The notes beneath the pieces are model-generated. The model did not search any database. It saw only the letters and a list, made by a program, of their open reading frames with translations, and was not told where the DNA came from. Shown in pieces: positions 39,638 through 50,561 of a stretch of DNA of 64,000 bases. Position numbers and translations under genes: made by a program. The DNA comes from Acholeplasmataceae bacterium. Lineage in GTDB: Bacteria; Bacillota_I; Bacilli_A; Acholeplasmatales; Acholeplasmataceae. The stretch's first letter is position 1. Each line of letters begins with the position of its first letter. The stretch lies in the NCBI GenBank assembly GCA_963667565.1, contig OY763415.1:1216001-1280000 (forward strand). Reading direction: 5' to 3'.

Positions 39638-40090
39638 ATGATTTTAAATGATATGTCAATTATTATTAGGTATAATTTTACATTTATGAATCGGAGTTTA
39701 TCAAACACTAATATTTCAGCAAACGAAAACTATATGCTGATGTATTTATTTGATAAGGGTGAGGTAACACAGGACGAAATCTCATCGTATTTTGGCATTG
39801 ATAAAGGAAGTATTTCCAAAACAGTTTCAAGTCTTGAATCAAAAGGTTATATTGAGAAAAAAATTAATCAAGACAATAAACGATCTAACCTTGTTTATAT
39901 CACAAAAAAGGGTATACAAACTTTCAAAGAGACGAAAAAGCTCTTAGATATGTGGCACAAGGATATTTTGAATAATATTTCTTCAGAGGAACTTGACATA
40001 CTTACAAAAACATTAAGCACCATGGCTAGAAATGCAGAAAAAGCTTTAGGAAAAGATACAACTCAAGGAGAATCACATGAAACAAAATAA
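39638..40090 (+). CDS. MarR-family transcriptional regulator
   Basis: TQDEIS..IDKGSISKTVSSLESKGYI..DNKRSNLVYITKKG. Confidence 0.92.
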   Translation: MILNDMSIIIRYNFTFMNRSLSNTNISANENYMLMYLFDKGEVTQDEISSYFGIDKGSISKTVSSLESKGYIEKKINQDNKRSNLVYITKKGIQTFKETKKLLDMWHKDILNNISSEELDILTKTLSTMARNAEKALGKDTTQGESHETK

Positions 40091-42230
40091 GAAAAACAAT
40101 ATCGTATTTATTATGATATTATACCTTTTAGGTATATTTATGGGTGCAATCGATACAGGTATCGTAACACCAGCTAGAACCATCATTCAAAACACATTAG
40201 AAATAGATGCTCAGTTAGGTATTTGGATGATTACTATTTATACACTATCTTATGCTGCAAGTATTCCTATCATGGGGAAAATCGCAGACAAGTATGGTAG
40301 AAAATATATATATTTATTAAGTATCACATTATTTGGTTTAGGCTCTTTATTGTCAGGACTTAGTCAATTTGCGGGTAGTTTTACGATGTTACTTATATCT
40401 AGATCTATACAAGCTATTGGTGGTGGTGGTATTATTCCAATTGCTACTGCTGAATTTGGCACGACTTTTCCAAAGGAAAAAAGAGGAATTGCATTAGGTC
40501 TAGTTGGTGGGGTATATGGTATAGCAAATATCTTCGGCGCCTCTGCAGGTAGTCTTATCCTCGATATTTTTGGACAATCAAATTGGAGTTTCATTTTCTT
40601 TATTAATGTACCTATTACTATTTTCATATTAGCATTTGGATTCTTTCTTTTACCAAACACTAAAAATGAATCTGTTAAGAAAATTGACGTATTTGGTATT
40701 TTATTTTTAACACTAACCATACTATCTCTTCTCTATGGATTAAAAAATATAGATTTCTTGGATATTAAGAACTCAATAGTTGATTATCATGTTTGGTTAT
40801 TTGTTTTAATCGCTATTGTTTTATTTCCAATCTTCCTTTATGCTGAGAAGAAAGCTGAAGACCCTGTCGTAAATCTTGCTTATTTTAAAAATAAACAAAT
40901 CGTTATTACATTAACGCTATCTTTTATTTCAGGTATTATTTTAATGGGGACCGTATTCGTTCCTCAATTTGCTGAAAACAGTGTTCGTATTGCATCAGGT
41001 AGTGGTGGATATTATGTGATTGTCTTAGGTATCTTCGCTGGGGTTGGTGCACCAATGTCTGGACGTCTGATTGATAAATTTGGTGTCAAACCTGTCTTAA
41101 GTTTTGGATTTTTAGTCACTGTTATTGCATCTTTATTTGTTGTATTTGTTACTATACCTAATCCAAGTACACTAACAGTGATCGTTAGTTTAATTTTCAT
41201 CGGCCTCGGTCTTGGTTTCTCACTTGGTACACCATTAAATTATATGATGTTAGAAAATACTAATGAAAAAGAGTCAAATTCAGCACTTGCAACATTGTCT
41301 CTTATTCGTTCTATTGGTACAACTATTGCTCCATCAATTATGGTCGCATTCATCGCGTCAGCTGGTATGCTTGTTCAATCAAATGTTACTACTGTTCTTC
41401 CACGGGATTTAACCATTCCACCTGTTGTTTATGCATCTGATATCAAACAAGCATTTGATGATTTTTCACAAAATCCTCAATTCAGTTCTGAATTTTCCGA
41501 TTTCACTTTTCCAGATATGTCAACTGACACATCTTATCCATTATCATTTGATCAAAGTAATTCCGTTGGATCTCTTGATCCTGAAATGATTGCACTTATT
41601 CAATCATCAGATGTTACGACGATAACTGAAAATACGCATGTATTCTATGAATATATTTTAAACACTTATATCCCATATGCAGTTAATGGCATTCAAACAG
41701 GTGTTGAATCTGGTATCGATGCACTTAATCAAAATATTTTAGATATGAATGGCGCATTATTTGGTATCAATATGACCATTAGTTCTCTTCAAACCATGCA
41801 AAGTGAACTTCTTCTTTTGGATCCTAGTGATTATGACGGTTCTAAGGTTACTGATCTTGTATCACCTAGTACAGTGGCATTATTGTCACAAAGTGTTGTT
41901 GACCAATTGAGCGATGTGACAACTTATGATGGATTTATGGCAATACTTGGATCATATCAAGGTCAAAAAATAGGATTAGATTCAGCGATTGCACAACTTA
42001 CGACACTTGTTGACGAAATGACTGCGTTTGATCAAGATATTCCAGTAGAATTTAATCTTGCGATTCAAAACTACTTAACGGATATAGACCAAAATAGACA
42101 AGCGATTGAAGATACCTATCAAACAACAATTAATCAAGGTTTTAGAAACATATATTTATCAACATTAACAGCTGGTTTATTAGGATTTATTGTCTTAAGA
42201 TTTTATACATCCCATAAAAAAGAAAATTAA
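40077..42230 (+). CDS. MFS (DHA2-type) efflux transporter with a large extracellular insertion
   Basis: GKIADKYGRK motif A, RSIQAIGGGG, FFINVPI, GRLIDKFG; long hydrophilic insert before the last TM. Confidence 0.88.
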   Translation: MKQNKKNNIVFIMILYLLGIFMGAIDTGIVTPARTIIQNTLEIDAQLGIWMITIYTLSYAASIPIMGKIADKYGRKYIYLLSITLFGLGSLLSGLSQFAGSFTMLLISRSIQAIGGGGIIPIATAEFGTTFPKEKRGIALGLVGGVYGIANIFGASAGSLILDIFGQSNWSFIFFINVPITIFILAFGFFLLPNTKNESVKKIDVFGILFLTLTILSLLYGLKNIDFLDIKNSIVDYHVWLFVLIAIVLFPIFLYAEKKAEDPVVNLAYFKNKQIVITLTLSFISGIILMGTVFVPQFAENSVRIASGSGGYYVIVLGIFAGVGAPMSGRLIDKFGVKPVLSFGFLVTVIASLFVVFVTIPNPSTLTVIVSLIFIGLGLGFSLGTPLNYMMLENTNEKESNSALATLSLIRSIGTTIAPSIMVAFIASAGMLVQSNVTTVLPRDLTIPPVVYASDIKQAFDDFSQNPQFSSEFSDFTFPDMSTDTSYPLSFDQSNSVGSLDPEMIALIQSSDVTTITENTHVFYEYILNTYIPYAVNGIQTGVESGIDALNQNILDMNGALFGINMTISSLQTMQSELLLLDPSDYDGSKVTDLVSPSTVALLSQSVVDQLSDVTTYDGFMAILGSYQGQKIGLDSAIAQLTTLVDEMTAFDQDIPVEFNLAIQNYLTDIDQNRQAIEDTYQTTINQGFRNIYLSTLTAGLLGFIVLRFYTSHKKEN

Positions 42231-42256
42231 AGAAAATAAAAAGTGTAATTAGCAAA

Positions 42257-43225
42257 TTACACTTTTTTTTCTGCTATAAAATCAAGCACTTCTTCATAAC
42301 TAGGCATTGACTGAATAGCTCCAGGTTTGGTGGAAACAATTGCTCCAACTGCATTTGAAAATTCTAAATATTCATACAATTCAATTTCAGCAAGTTCATC
42401 AACATGTTTTCTATGCTTTAACAATTGAAATAGAAACGACCCAATAAAAGCATCTCCAGCACCCGTAGTATCTACTGCTTCAATTTTAAATCCGTCATGT
42501 TTCACCCTGTTATTTTTAGTATAGATGGTTGCTCCATCTTTTCCTTTTGTTAGAATAATGATTTTAACATGACCTCTAAATAACATTTGAATGCTTAATT
42601 CTAAATTGGTTTCTCCTGTAATAAATTCGATTTCTTCATCGCTTATTTTGATGATGTCTGCTTTATCTATATAGTGATTAATAACTTGTTTGTATAGATC
42701 ATGATCATCCCATAATGGCAATCTTACGTTTGGATCAAAACTTATTATCAACCCTTTTTCTCTCGCTATTTTAATTGCTTTGTCGTGTGCTTTCTTCACT
42801 GGAGCATCAATTAAATCAACACTACAAAAGTGAAGAATATCACCTTCATTAAATAGTTTCTCATCGATTTCTTCTTCATTTAATAACATATCAGCACTTG
42901 GATTTCTATAAAAAGAAAAATCTCGTTGACCATCGTTTTTAAGCGAAACAAATGCGAGGCCAGTATGTGCATCTCGAGTTCTTTTGATGTGCGAAACATC
43001 AACACCTATTTTTTGAATTTCTTCAATAATGTGATCACCAAATCCATCTAAACCAAGTTTTGTTAACATCGTTGCATGAATACCTAACTTAGATACACAT
43101 GCACATACATTTGCTGGTGCACCACCGGCAACTCTTCTAAATTCAATAACATTTTTTAATGCTTCACCTTTTTTAAGTGGAATGAAGTCAATAAGTGCTT
43201 CACCAATGCTAATTAATTTATTCAT
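42257..43225 (-). CDS. scrK: Fructokinase (PfkB family)
   Basis: GEALIDF, GGAPANV, FDPNVR, DTTGAGDAF; in sucrose locus. Confidence 0.85.
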   Translation of the reverse strand: MNKLISIGEALIDFIPLKKGEALKNVIEFRRVAGGAPANVCACVSKLGIHATMLTKLGLDGFGDHIIEEIQKIGVDVSHIKRTRDAHTGLAFVSLKNDGQRDFSFYRNPSADMLLNEEEIDEKLFNEGDILHFCSVDLIDAPVKKAHDKAIKIAREKGLIISFDPNVRLPLWDDHDLYKQVINHYIDKADIIKISDEEIEFITGETNLELSIQMLFRGHVKIIILTKGKDGATIYTKNNRVKHDGFKIEAVDTTGAGDAFIGSFLFQLLKHRKHVDELAEIELYEYLEFSNAVGAIVSTKPGAIQSMPSYEEVLDFIAEKKV

Positions 43226-44697
43226 ACTTCACCTCTTATAATATCCCATTTATACATTTCGAATTTTGTTAATCCCCCGATTGAAAAAAGACTAACATTC
43301 TGGCTTTCTTGTTTAGGATAAACGAGTCCTGTCATCGTTTTTAATCCATGTTGTAAAAAAATTTCAACACTTGATTTATCGATAAATATCTGTAGATACA
43401 TGTTGTTTTTTTCTAGTTTAACATGCGTTTTTCTGATAAACGCGTCTTTTTCAAATTCCTTGTTTCCTTTAATTTCATAACCCGATTTACGACGATCAAA
43501 TGAAAATTCTTCTAATATAGAGTCATATGTCAAAACCGTCTCTTCTCCAACACCTTTGAATAATTTGATACCAAATGATGTTGCATCTAATACATGAATA
43601 TTAAATATAAATTCACTCACGTATCCTTTGGTTTCAATCATTTGTTCATTTTCAATCATATATATTTTATACTTTTTATGATTTCGATATAATTTTAACT
43701 CATCGATGGGATATTGATACAAATGATGTTCTTTAAATTCTAAAACTCTAGGAATGGTCATTTGACCAGCCCACCCATGATTAAGTTCATGCGTCACATA
43801 GTTTCGTTCCCACATACCCATCCAAGCAATCATAATTCTTCTGTTTTTATCATCTATTGTAGTTTGTGGTGCATAAAAATCGAAACCAGAATCAATTTCA
43901 TCATAAAAATCTTCTATAAATTCAAACGTTGTTTTACTTAAATGTCCAATAAAATATATAGAATGATGAACATTTGAAAACTTATGAGCATCACTTTTAA
44001 TATATTGCGGAGAAACAATTAAAATATCTTTATCATTTAAAGAAAATAAATCTGGACACTCCCACATATCGCCAATAGCTTTATGTGATTTTAATATAGT
44101 ATTCATATACATCCAGTTTGTTAGATTTTTTGAACTATATAGTAAGACCTGTCCAGCACTTTGATCTGATTTTGAACTTACAACCATATAATAGATATCA
44201 TTATCTTTCCATATTTTAGGATCTCTAAAATCAGTAGTGCTTGCATCTTTAGGTAAATCCTTTATCTTTATTATAGGATTTTTTTCTGATCTTTCAAAAT
44301 GAATGAAATCTGTGCTATATGCAATACATTGTTCTTGTCTATCAAAATAGTTTTCTGTATAGATTAGAATCATGTGATCATCGCAAATGATTGCAGATCC
44401 ACTAAATGCTGCACCTTCACCATGTTCCAATTGTAGAGGTGCTAATGCAACATCTACATGTGTCCATGAAACTAAATCTTTTGATATCGCATGACCCCAA
44501 TGCATTGGTCCCCATGATGAATCGTAGGGATGATACTGAAAAAACAAATGATAAATTCCATTATGATACAAAAATCCATTAGGATCATTAAGCCATCCTA
44601 ATTCTGGTGTGAAGTGAAAGTCATGTTTATACATTTGATTAACTTCATGCTTATGATTTTTAATATACTGGTTGGCTTTTTTTATAAATGGATTCAT
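43222..44697 (-). CDS. GH32 beta-fructofuranosidase / sucrose(-6-phosphate) hydrolase
   Basis: WLNDPNG, WGPMHWGHA, FSGS, FRDP, MWECPD, DFYAPQT. Confidence 0.93.
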   Translation of the reverse strand: MNPFIKKANQYIKNHKHEVNQMYKHDFHFTPELGWLNDPNGFLYHNGIYHLFFQYHPYDSSWGPMHWGHAISKDLVSWTHVDVALAPLQLEHGEGAAFSGSAIICDDHMILIYTENYFDRQEQCIAYSTDFIHFERSEKNPIIKIKDLPKDASTTDFRDPKIWKDNDIYYMVVSSKSDQSAGQVLLYSSKNLTNWMYMNTILKSHKAIGDMWECPDLFSLNDKDILIVSPQYIKSDAHKFSNVHHSIYFIGHLSKTTFEFIEDFYDEIDSGFDFYAPQTTIDDKNRRIMIAWMGMWERNYVTHELNHGWAGQMTIPRVLEFKEHHLYQYPIDELKLYRNHKKYKIYMIENEQMIETKGYVSEFIFNIHVLDATSFGIKLFKGVGEETVLTYDSILEEFSFDRRKSGYEIKGNKEFEKDAFIRKTHVKLEKNNMYLQIFIDKSSVEIFLQHGLKTMTGLVYPKQESQNVSLFSIGGLTKFEMYKWDIIRGEV

Positions 44698-44708
44698 AAA
44701 TTTATCCT

Positions 44709-46562
44709 TTATTCAGCTTTCTTTAGCCATAATACTTCATATGGAGCAATCTTGATATTCACTTCAGAAAAATCAATAGGTCTATGAGAAAACAAGTCCA
44801 TATATAATCCTGAAAAATGATCTTTTTGATACGGTGTTGTTGAGATATGTTTTAACTGCTCTGAAAAATTGAATATACATATCAAGTGATCATGATCAGT
44901 TTTTTTATAAAATGAATATACTGAAATATCATCGTTTTCGATTATGTTTATCGCTACATCACCATTAAATAAATCATCTGTTTTTCTAATATTAATCATT
45001 TCTTGAATACCTGAAAATACTCGATGCTCAAAGGTGTTATGTATTAATCTTTTAGTTGCTCTAGTCCAGTCAAAGAACTGTCTATGTACCCAACGTCCTT
45101 CGTTCTTTTTATCAGGATCATTTAAATATGTATGATCGTTTAAGCTTGCTATTTCATCTCCACTATAAATGAGTGGAATACCTTGATGTGCGATGATCAT
45201 CGCATGTCCTAGTAATATTCTTTTAATGGATATTTCTTGTTCATACATAAATTGTTCGTCAATAGCTTTTTCTAATCCTAAGAGTGATGCAGCAGTACCA
45301 TTTATTCTGGCATCTTTATTGACCTCATTATACTGATAAATTTCACCTTTTGCAAAACTACCAGGAAATCTATTACCATAAAAATCAATTAAGTATTGTT
45401 TATGATGAAACGCGCTAAGTCCAAATGATTCTATGAGTTCTTCATTAAAACCCCAACCAATGTCATCATGGCATCTAAGATAATTCATCCAACAACTATG
45501 CTTAGGTGGTATGTATTTTTTGTTATCATCATTAATTAATCTAACGTCTCTTGTTGCAAAAGCATTCCAAATGTTAACCATAAAATTTGCATTATAAAGC
45601 AATCCACATTCTTCTTTATGCTCATCACCAAAATACTTAAATATTTCATGTGGTTCAACAATCGCTTCCCCTAAAATAGCTAGTGATGGTGCAACAACAT
45701 CTTTGATTATATGAAACATGTGAATAAGATCGTGAATTGGACCTAGATTTCTACAATTTGTTCCTGCTTCTTTCCACATGAAAGGAATTGCATCTAATCG
45801 AATGATGTTAACACCTTTATTTGCTAACTGCAACATGATATCAACCATGTTTTCAAAAACTTTTGGGTTTTTAAAATTTAAGTCCCATTGAAAACTACTA
45901 AATGAAGTAAATACCCATTTATTTATTTCTTTTTTAAAAGTAAAATTTCCTGGACATTTATCGGGTAAAACTTCTGGAACATATTTATCATAAATGTCTG
46001 GTATGCTTCTATCATCAAACATCATATACATGTCTTGATAATATTTATCGCCTTCAAGCGCTTTTTTTGCCCATTGATGCGTATCAGCTGTATGGTTGAT
46101 GACGTAGTCAATACAAACATCAATATGTGCTTCTCTAAAGGTTGTTAGGATTTGATTAAAATCATCATGCGTTCCAAGAATGGGATCGATATCTAAGTAA
46201 TCTTCAACAGCATACCCACCATCATTTTCCCCTTCTCTTGTTTTTAATAACGGCATCAAATGAACATACGTGATACCTAATTCTTGTAAATACTCAATTT
46301 TAGACTCTAATTTCTTTAAGTCGCCTGCAAATAAATCTGTATATACCATGTATCCAATCATATCTTTAGACATATACCATTTTGAAGGTCTTAAATCCAA
46401 TTGATGTAATGAATCACTTCTATCTAAAAATCGTTTTGACATCATATTTAAGAGCGCATCAAAATCCTTCTTGGTTGCCCCAAGTTTTTTATATACTTTA
46501 AAATATATTTGTCTAAGTTCTTTAATATGTCTATTTAATCTTTGTTCATATATTGAATTCAT
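44709..46562 (-). CDS. Amylosucrase / sucrose hydrolase (GH13_4)
   Basis: YVHLMP, NDGGYAV, NHTA, QWDLN, RLDAIPFMWK, EAIV, YLRCHDDIGW, RINGTAASLLG, GRWVHR. Confidence 0.88.
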   Translation of the reverse strand: MNSIYEQRLNRHIKELRQIYFKVYKKLGATKKDFDALLNMMSKRFLDRSDSLHQLDLRPSKWYMSKDMIGYMVYTDLFAGDLKKLESKIEYLQELGITYVHLMPLLKTREGENDGGYAVEDYLDIDPILGTHDDFNQILTTFREAHIDVCIDYVINHTADTHQWAKKALEGDKYYQDMYMMFDDRSIPDIYDKYVPEVLPDKCPGNFTFKKEINKWVFTSFSSFQWDLNFKNPKVFENMVDIMLQLANKGVNIIRLDAIPFMWKEAGTNCRNLGPIHDLIHMFHIIKDVVAPSLAILGEAIVEPHEIFKYFGDEHKEECGLLYNANFMVNIWNAFATRDVRLINDDNKKYIPPKHSCWMNYLRCHDDIGWGFNEELIESFGLSAFHHKQYLIDFYGNRFPGSFAKGEIYQYNEVNKDARINGTAASLLGLEKAIDEQFMYEQEISIKRILLGHAMIIAHQGIPLIYSGDEIASLNDHTYLNDPDKKNEGRWVHRQFFDWTRATKRLIHNTFEHRVFSGIQEMINIRKTDDLFNGDVAINIIENDDISVYSFYKKTDHDHLICIFNFSEQLKHISTTPYQKDHFSGLYMDLFSHRPIDFSEVNIKIAPYEVLWLKKAE

Positions 46563-46609
46563 AAGTTGCTACCTTCAATTATTATCGTATTTTAATATGA
46601 AAACTATGT

Positions 46610-46635
46610 AAAAAGACCTTGAAATAAGGTCTTTA
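46610..46635 (-). terminator. Terminator after the sugar ABC permeases
   Basis: AAAGACCTT-GAAAT-AAGGTCTTT with T-tract on the minus strand. Confidence 0.65.
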
Positions 46636-46644
46636 TTGAATATT

Positions 46645-47520
46645 TTATTTAATAGCACCTTCTGAGATACCAGAAATAATTTTTCTTTGATAAATAAAGT
46701 AAACAATTGCTATCGGTACAATATTTAATAAGATACCTGGAAAAACCACATCAAATCCAGTACCATACGAACCACCTGCAGCTGATCTTGCTCTATATAA
46801 AGCAAGGGGAAGAGTTGTCATTCCATCTCTAGTTCCTAAAATTAAGAAAGGGAGAAGAAAATCATTAAATATCCAACGTGCGTTTAAAATTGCTGTTGTT
46901 ACTGTAATTGGTGCGACTAATGGCATGACGACCTTACTATAAATTTGCCAAATATTCGCACCATCTATAAATGCTGCTTCTTCTAAGTCTGTTGGAACAC
47001 CTTTAAGAAATCCGTGATATAGGAATACTGTAAATGACAACCCAAACCCTAGATACATAACGATTAATCCTGGAATGTTTCGTAAGTAGAAACTATCCAT
47101 AATTCTTACAAGTGGAAACATAATTGATTGGAATGGAACAAGCATTGAGGCTACTAAAACTAAAAATATAACATTAGATATTTTTGTTTTATTTCTAACC
47201 AACATCCATGCAACAAAAGATGAAACGACACTTAACAGACCAACACTTACAACAGTAACAAATATTGAAACACCTAAAGTTAGAAAATAATCAGTCATAT
47301 CGATATAATTAAGAATATATTGTAAATTCCAAGTTGTAGGTAAAGCATTTGGATTATTAATAATCGTAATCACAGTTAAATCTGCACTACTTGTCGGTTT
47401 AAATGAATTAATTAATAGCAAAAAGAACGGATATAAAAATACCACTGTAAATATAATTAAAATTGCAAAGATAAGATATAAATCCCAATGTTTTTTTAGA
47501 TTTTTAATGAATTTATGCAT
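46645..47520 (-). CDS. Carbohydrate ABC permease (MalG-like)
   Basis: LINSFKP, MLVPFQ, LEEAAFIDGA, NDFLLP. Confidence 0.92.
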   Translation of the reverse strand: MHKFIKNLKKHWDLYLIFAILIIFTVVFLYPFFLLLINSFKPTSSADLTVITIINNPNALPTTWNLQYILNYIDMTDYFLTLGVSIFVTVVSVGLLSVVSSFVAWMLVRNKTKISNVIFLVLVASMLVPFQSIMFPLVRIMDSFYLRNIPGLIVMYLGFGLSFTVFLYHGFLKGVPTDLEEAAFIDGANIWQIYSKVVMPLVAPITVTTAILNARWIFNDFLLPFLILGTRDGMTTLPLALYRARSAAGGSYGTGFDVVFPGILLNIVPIAIVYFIYQRKIISGISEGAIK

Positions 47521-48386
47521 TACATTTCAACCTCACGTTTCTTCGTATATGCGACTTGTGAAATCGTAACAATAGCAATAATCAAGAAAAATATAATTGC
47601 TGCTGCTTGTGCCACACCATAATCATGATGCGAATCTCTTACAGCTATTTTATAGATTTCTAAACTGATCAATGTTGTATCAAAATCTCCATCTGTGAGT
47701 GCTAAATTTTGATCAAACACTTTAAAAGTACCTGATATTGTAACAAATAATGAAATGGTAATCGCTGGCATCAATAATGGTAATGTTACATTCCAAAATC
47801 TTTGAAAACTATTCGCACCATCAATAGTTGATGCTTCTAACAAATGTTTTGGAATTGTATTTAATGATGCTAGGAAAATAATCATTAAATACCCAACAGA
47901 TTGCCAACTTAACATAATCGTCATTGCAAATAAATGTTTTGTTCTATCTTGTAGCATGTAATAGAAAAAACTATCTGGATTATTAAATAAAACTTCACTG
48001 AATAATTGGTTAAAAATAAATGAAAAAATATACCCTAAAACGATACCTCCAATGAAGTTAGGTAAAAATAAAGCAGATCTAAAAATACCTTTTCCATATG
48101 TTATCTTTGAAATTCCTAATGCTAGTAATAATGCAAGACCAATTTGAGTCACAACTGAAAGCACTACTAACTGAAGCGTATACCAAAATGCACTATATAG
48201 TTCTTTATTAGTAAAAACTTTAATATAATTTTGTAAACCCATGAACATAGGTTCGTTTGGATCAAAATAAGTTCCACGCCATGGCATAAATGAATATGCA
48301 AAACCTAGTAAAAATGGTAAAACCATAACGAGTGTAAAGACCGCAAGTGCGGGAATAATGATCCAATAATAATATTTTTTATACAT
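47520..48386 (-). CDS. Carbohydrate ABC permease (MalF-like)
   Basis: GLQNY, SWQSVGY, LLEASTIDGA, FKVFD. Confidence 0.92.
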   Translation of the reverse strand: MYKKYYYWIIIPALAVFTLVMVLPFLLGFAYSFMPWRGTYFDPNEPMFMGLQNYIKVFTNKELYSAFWYTLQLVVLSVVTQIGLALLLALGISKITYGKGIFRSALFLPNFIGGIVLGYIFSFIFNQLFSEVLFNNPDSFFYYMLQDRTKHLFAMTIMLSWQSVGYLMIIFLASLNTIPKHLLEASTIDGANSFQRFWNVTLPLLMPAITISLFVTISGTFKVFDQNLALTDGDFDTTLISLEIYKIAVRDSHHDYGVAQAAAIIFFLIIAIVTISQVAYTKKREVEM

Positions 48387-48455
48387 CTGTGACCTCCATT
48401 TAATAATGCACTAAGACCCCTCAAGGGTTGAGAGGTCTTAAAGCATATTTAATAA

Positions 48456-49940
48456 TTATTGTCTTGCTGCTTCAAAATCAGCTGTTGCTGGTGTTAAAAC
48501 ATTATCAACAAAATCTTGATAAGATCCCCATGGTGTAACTGCCATGAAATCTTCTTGAATGTAAGTTGCTAAATCATCAAACATCCATCCTGAAGGTGTA
48601 CCATCAAATGGAGCACCATAGATTGAACCTAATCCCATGTATGCAACGATTGAGTTACCTAATGAGTTTTCAATTGAATAAACTTCACCAGTAATAGCAG
48701 TTGTTCCAAAATATGGAATAAAGCTGAACGTATTAACTTGAGTGTTAACACCATTAGCACTTGTATTTAAATATACTAAGAAATCCATACCTAATTCAAG
48801 TTCTTTTTCGCTAACTTGTGGATTAAGCGCATAATAGTTTGGTACAAACACTGGAATTGATTCATTTAAGAATGCTGCTTCTGCTGCACTTGCAAATCTA
48901 GCTTTAGTATAATCAACTTTATTTAAATCGATCTTAACAGGTAAGAAAGCTAAATCTGCTAAATAATCTGCAGAAACACCTTCAGTAGCAGCGATTCCGC
49001 CATATGCCCAGTTACCTTGTTTTAAGAATAAAGCTTTACCAGTACCTAATAATGAATTACCTGCATCATAAGTATAGTCAGCAACAAATTTAGGACCAGT
49101 TGTAATACCTTGGCCATCAATTGATGCCATATTGCTTACTTTTAATGTTAATAAATCATAGAAAGCTTCGCCACCAGCAAATTCAACTGTTGATTGTAGT
49201 GTTGCATTTGCCATTGTATCTTGTTCCAAATTATAAATAACATTGAATACATGATTACCATAAGTCCATTTTTCTGCACCCATGACAGAAAATACACCAT
49301 TTAAAGCAGTTGGTAAATTAGCACCTTTGATTTCATAATTTGTACCATCAATGCTAATAGTTGAATCAGTACCAGCTAAAGCTGCTGTAACAGCTTCAAC
49401 AAATGCTTCAAATTCAGCATATGTAGCAGTTCTCATTAATTCAAATGCTGCTTCTTTATCAGTCATATCTAATACTTGAGCTAAGATAGTTTTGTTAACG
49501 ATAAAACCATAACCTTCAACATTTTCAGGAATACCATATTGTGATACACCATCAATTGATAATTTGTGAGCATCATTTATTTTGTCCACTAAAAGAGTTT
49601 TGAAATCTCCAGTAGTATCTTCTAAATTCATGATTTGACCAGCATCAATATGATCTTGTAATTCACTAAAACGTGTTGTGTAAACCGCTGGTTGATTCTT
49701 TGAATTTAAGTCAGCACTTAATAATTGCCCACCTTCATCGCCACCTGCAACAACTTTAACAGTGATATCTTCACCAGTTCTTGCTTCGTAATCTGCTTCC
49801 CACTCTGCAACTAACGTAGGTAGAGTATCAGCTGTTTCAGCTTTATTTGAGTAAATATATACATCATAAGCTGAACTTGAACATGCAGTAATAGTTAATG
49901 CAAACACAGTAACTAAAACTAATAAAAATAATTTCTTCAT
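48456..49940 (-). CDS. Carbohydrate ABC substrate-binding lipoprotein
   Basis: Lipobox ITAC, YGIPENVEGYGFIVN, GKALFLKQGNWAY; a hairpin at 48412-48440 follows, typical of binding-protein mRNA stabilisation. Confidence 0.85.
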   Translation of the reverse strand: MKKLFLLVLVTVFALTITACSSSAYDVYIYSNKAETADTLPTLVAEWEADYEARTGEDITVKVVAGGDEGGQLLSADLNSKNQPAVYTTRFSELQDHIDAGQIMNLEDTTGDFKTLLVDKINDAHKLSIDGVSQYGIPENVEGYGFIVNKTILAQVLDMTDKEAAFELMRTATYAEFEAFVEAVTAALAGTDSTISIDGTNYEIKGANLPTALNGVFSVMGAEKWTYGNHVFNVIYNLEQDTMANATLQSTVEFAGGEAFYDLLTLKVSNMASIDGQGITTGPKFVADYTYDAGNSLLGTGKALFLKQGNWAYGGIAATEGVSADYLADLAFLPVKIDLNKVDYTKARFASAAEAAFLNESIPVFVPNYYALNPQVSEKELELGMDFLVYLNTSANGVNTQVNTFSFIPYFGTTAITGEVYSIENSLGNSIVAYMGLGSIYGAPFDGTPSGWMFDDLATYIQEDFMAVTPWGSYQDFVDNVLTPATADFEAARQ

Positions 49941-50039
49941 TCTTTTCCTCCTAAAATTTATATAATTTCACTCCACCTTAAAATTAAACTTATTCTATCT
50001 GTAAGATATGCTATAATATCAAACATAAGGAGATGAATT

Positions 50040-50453
50040 ATGAAAAAATCATACTCATGGATAGAATTTTTAATTGGATTAGTTGGAGTGCTTATACACA
50101 CAATTGTAGTTTTGTTCATCATATCATATGTATTATATCCAGATGCACTTGAAGTGATGATTGATGTCACTCAAGGTGATGAACAAGCAATGTTGATGCA
50201 ATTTGCATCAGATGTCAATGATTTGGGATTTATGGTCTATGCAGGTTCGCTCATCATTATATTTGAATGGCTTGCCATTTTCAAAACTAAAAAGATATTT
50301 AATCAATATACACCAGTTTGGATCTCTTTTTTAATCCTAGGTTCATTATATGCTTATGTATATTTTGGTGGATTGTTAGCAGCAGTGTGTTTATTCTTAT
50401 CTGGTACAATCAATTTAGTTAAATACTTAGTCTCAAAGAATTCAAAAGTCTAA
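50040..50453 (+). CDS. Small 4-TM membrane protein (DUF4064-like)
   Basis: RBS AAGGAG; TGCTATAAT promoter at 50009-50017; EFLIGLVG N-terminal pattern; hydrophobic segments. Confidence 0.7.
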   Translation: MKKSYSWIEFLIGLVGVLIHTIVVLFIISYVLYPDALEVMIDVTQGDEQAMLMQFASDVNDLGFMVYAGSLIIIFEWLAIFKTKKIFNQYTPVWISFLILGSLYAYVYFGGLLAAVCLFLSGTINLVKYLVSKNSKV

Positions 50454-50476
50454 ATTGAATTCAATTTTTATTTTCA

Positions 50477-50561
50477 ATGTGGAAAGGTTTCCATATTGTT
50501 CCCAAAAAAAAGGTGGTACCTTCTTAATTAGAATATACCACGTTTATGTAAGCGTTGTCAA
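50477..50561 (-). promoter_or_regulatory. Leftward promoter with cre-like site and LacI-type operator
   Basis: TTGACA (50561-50556), 18 bp, TATATT with TG extension (50537-50532); TGTAAGCGTTGTCA 50547-50560; palindrome ATGTGGAAAGGTTTCCATAT 50477-50496. Confidence 0.65.

Noticed and set aside
49973..50516. CCACCTT...AAGGTGG inverted pair flanking the inserted membrane gene as mobile-element ends
   Set aside because: Only 7 bp, no target duplication or recombinase; the right copy is part of a local hairpin.
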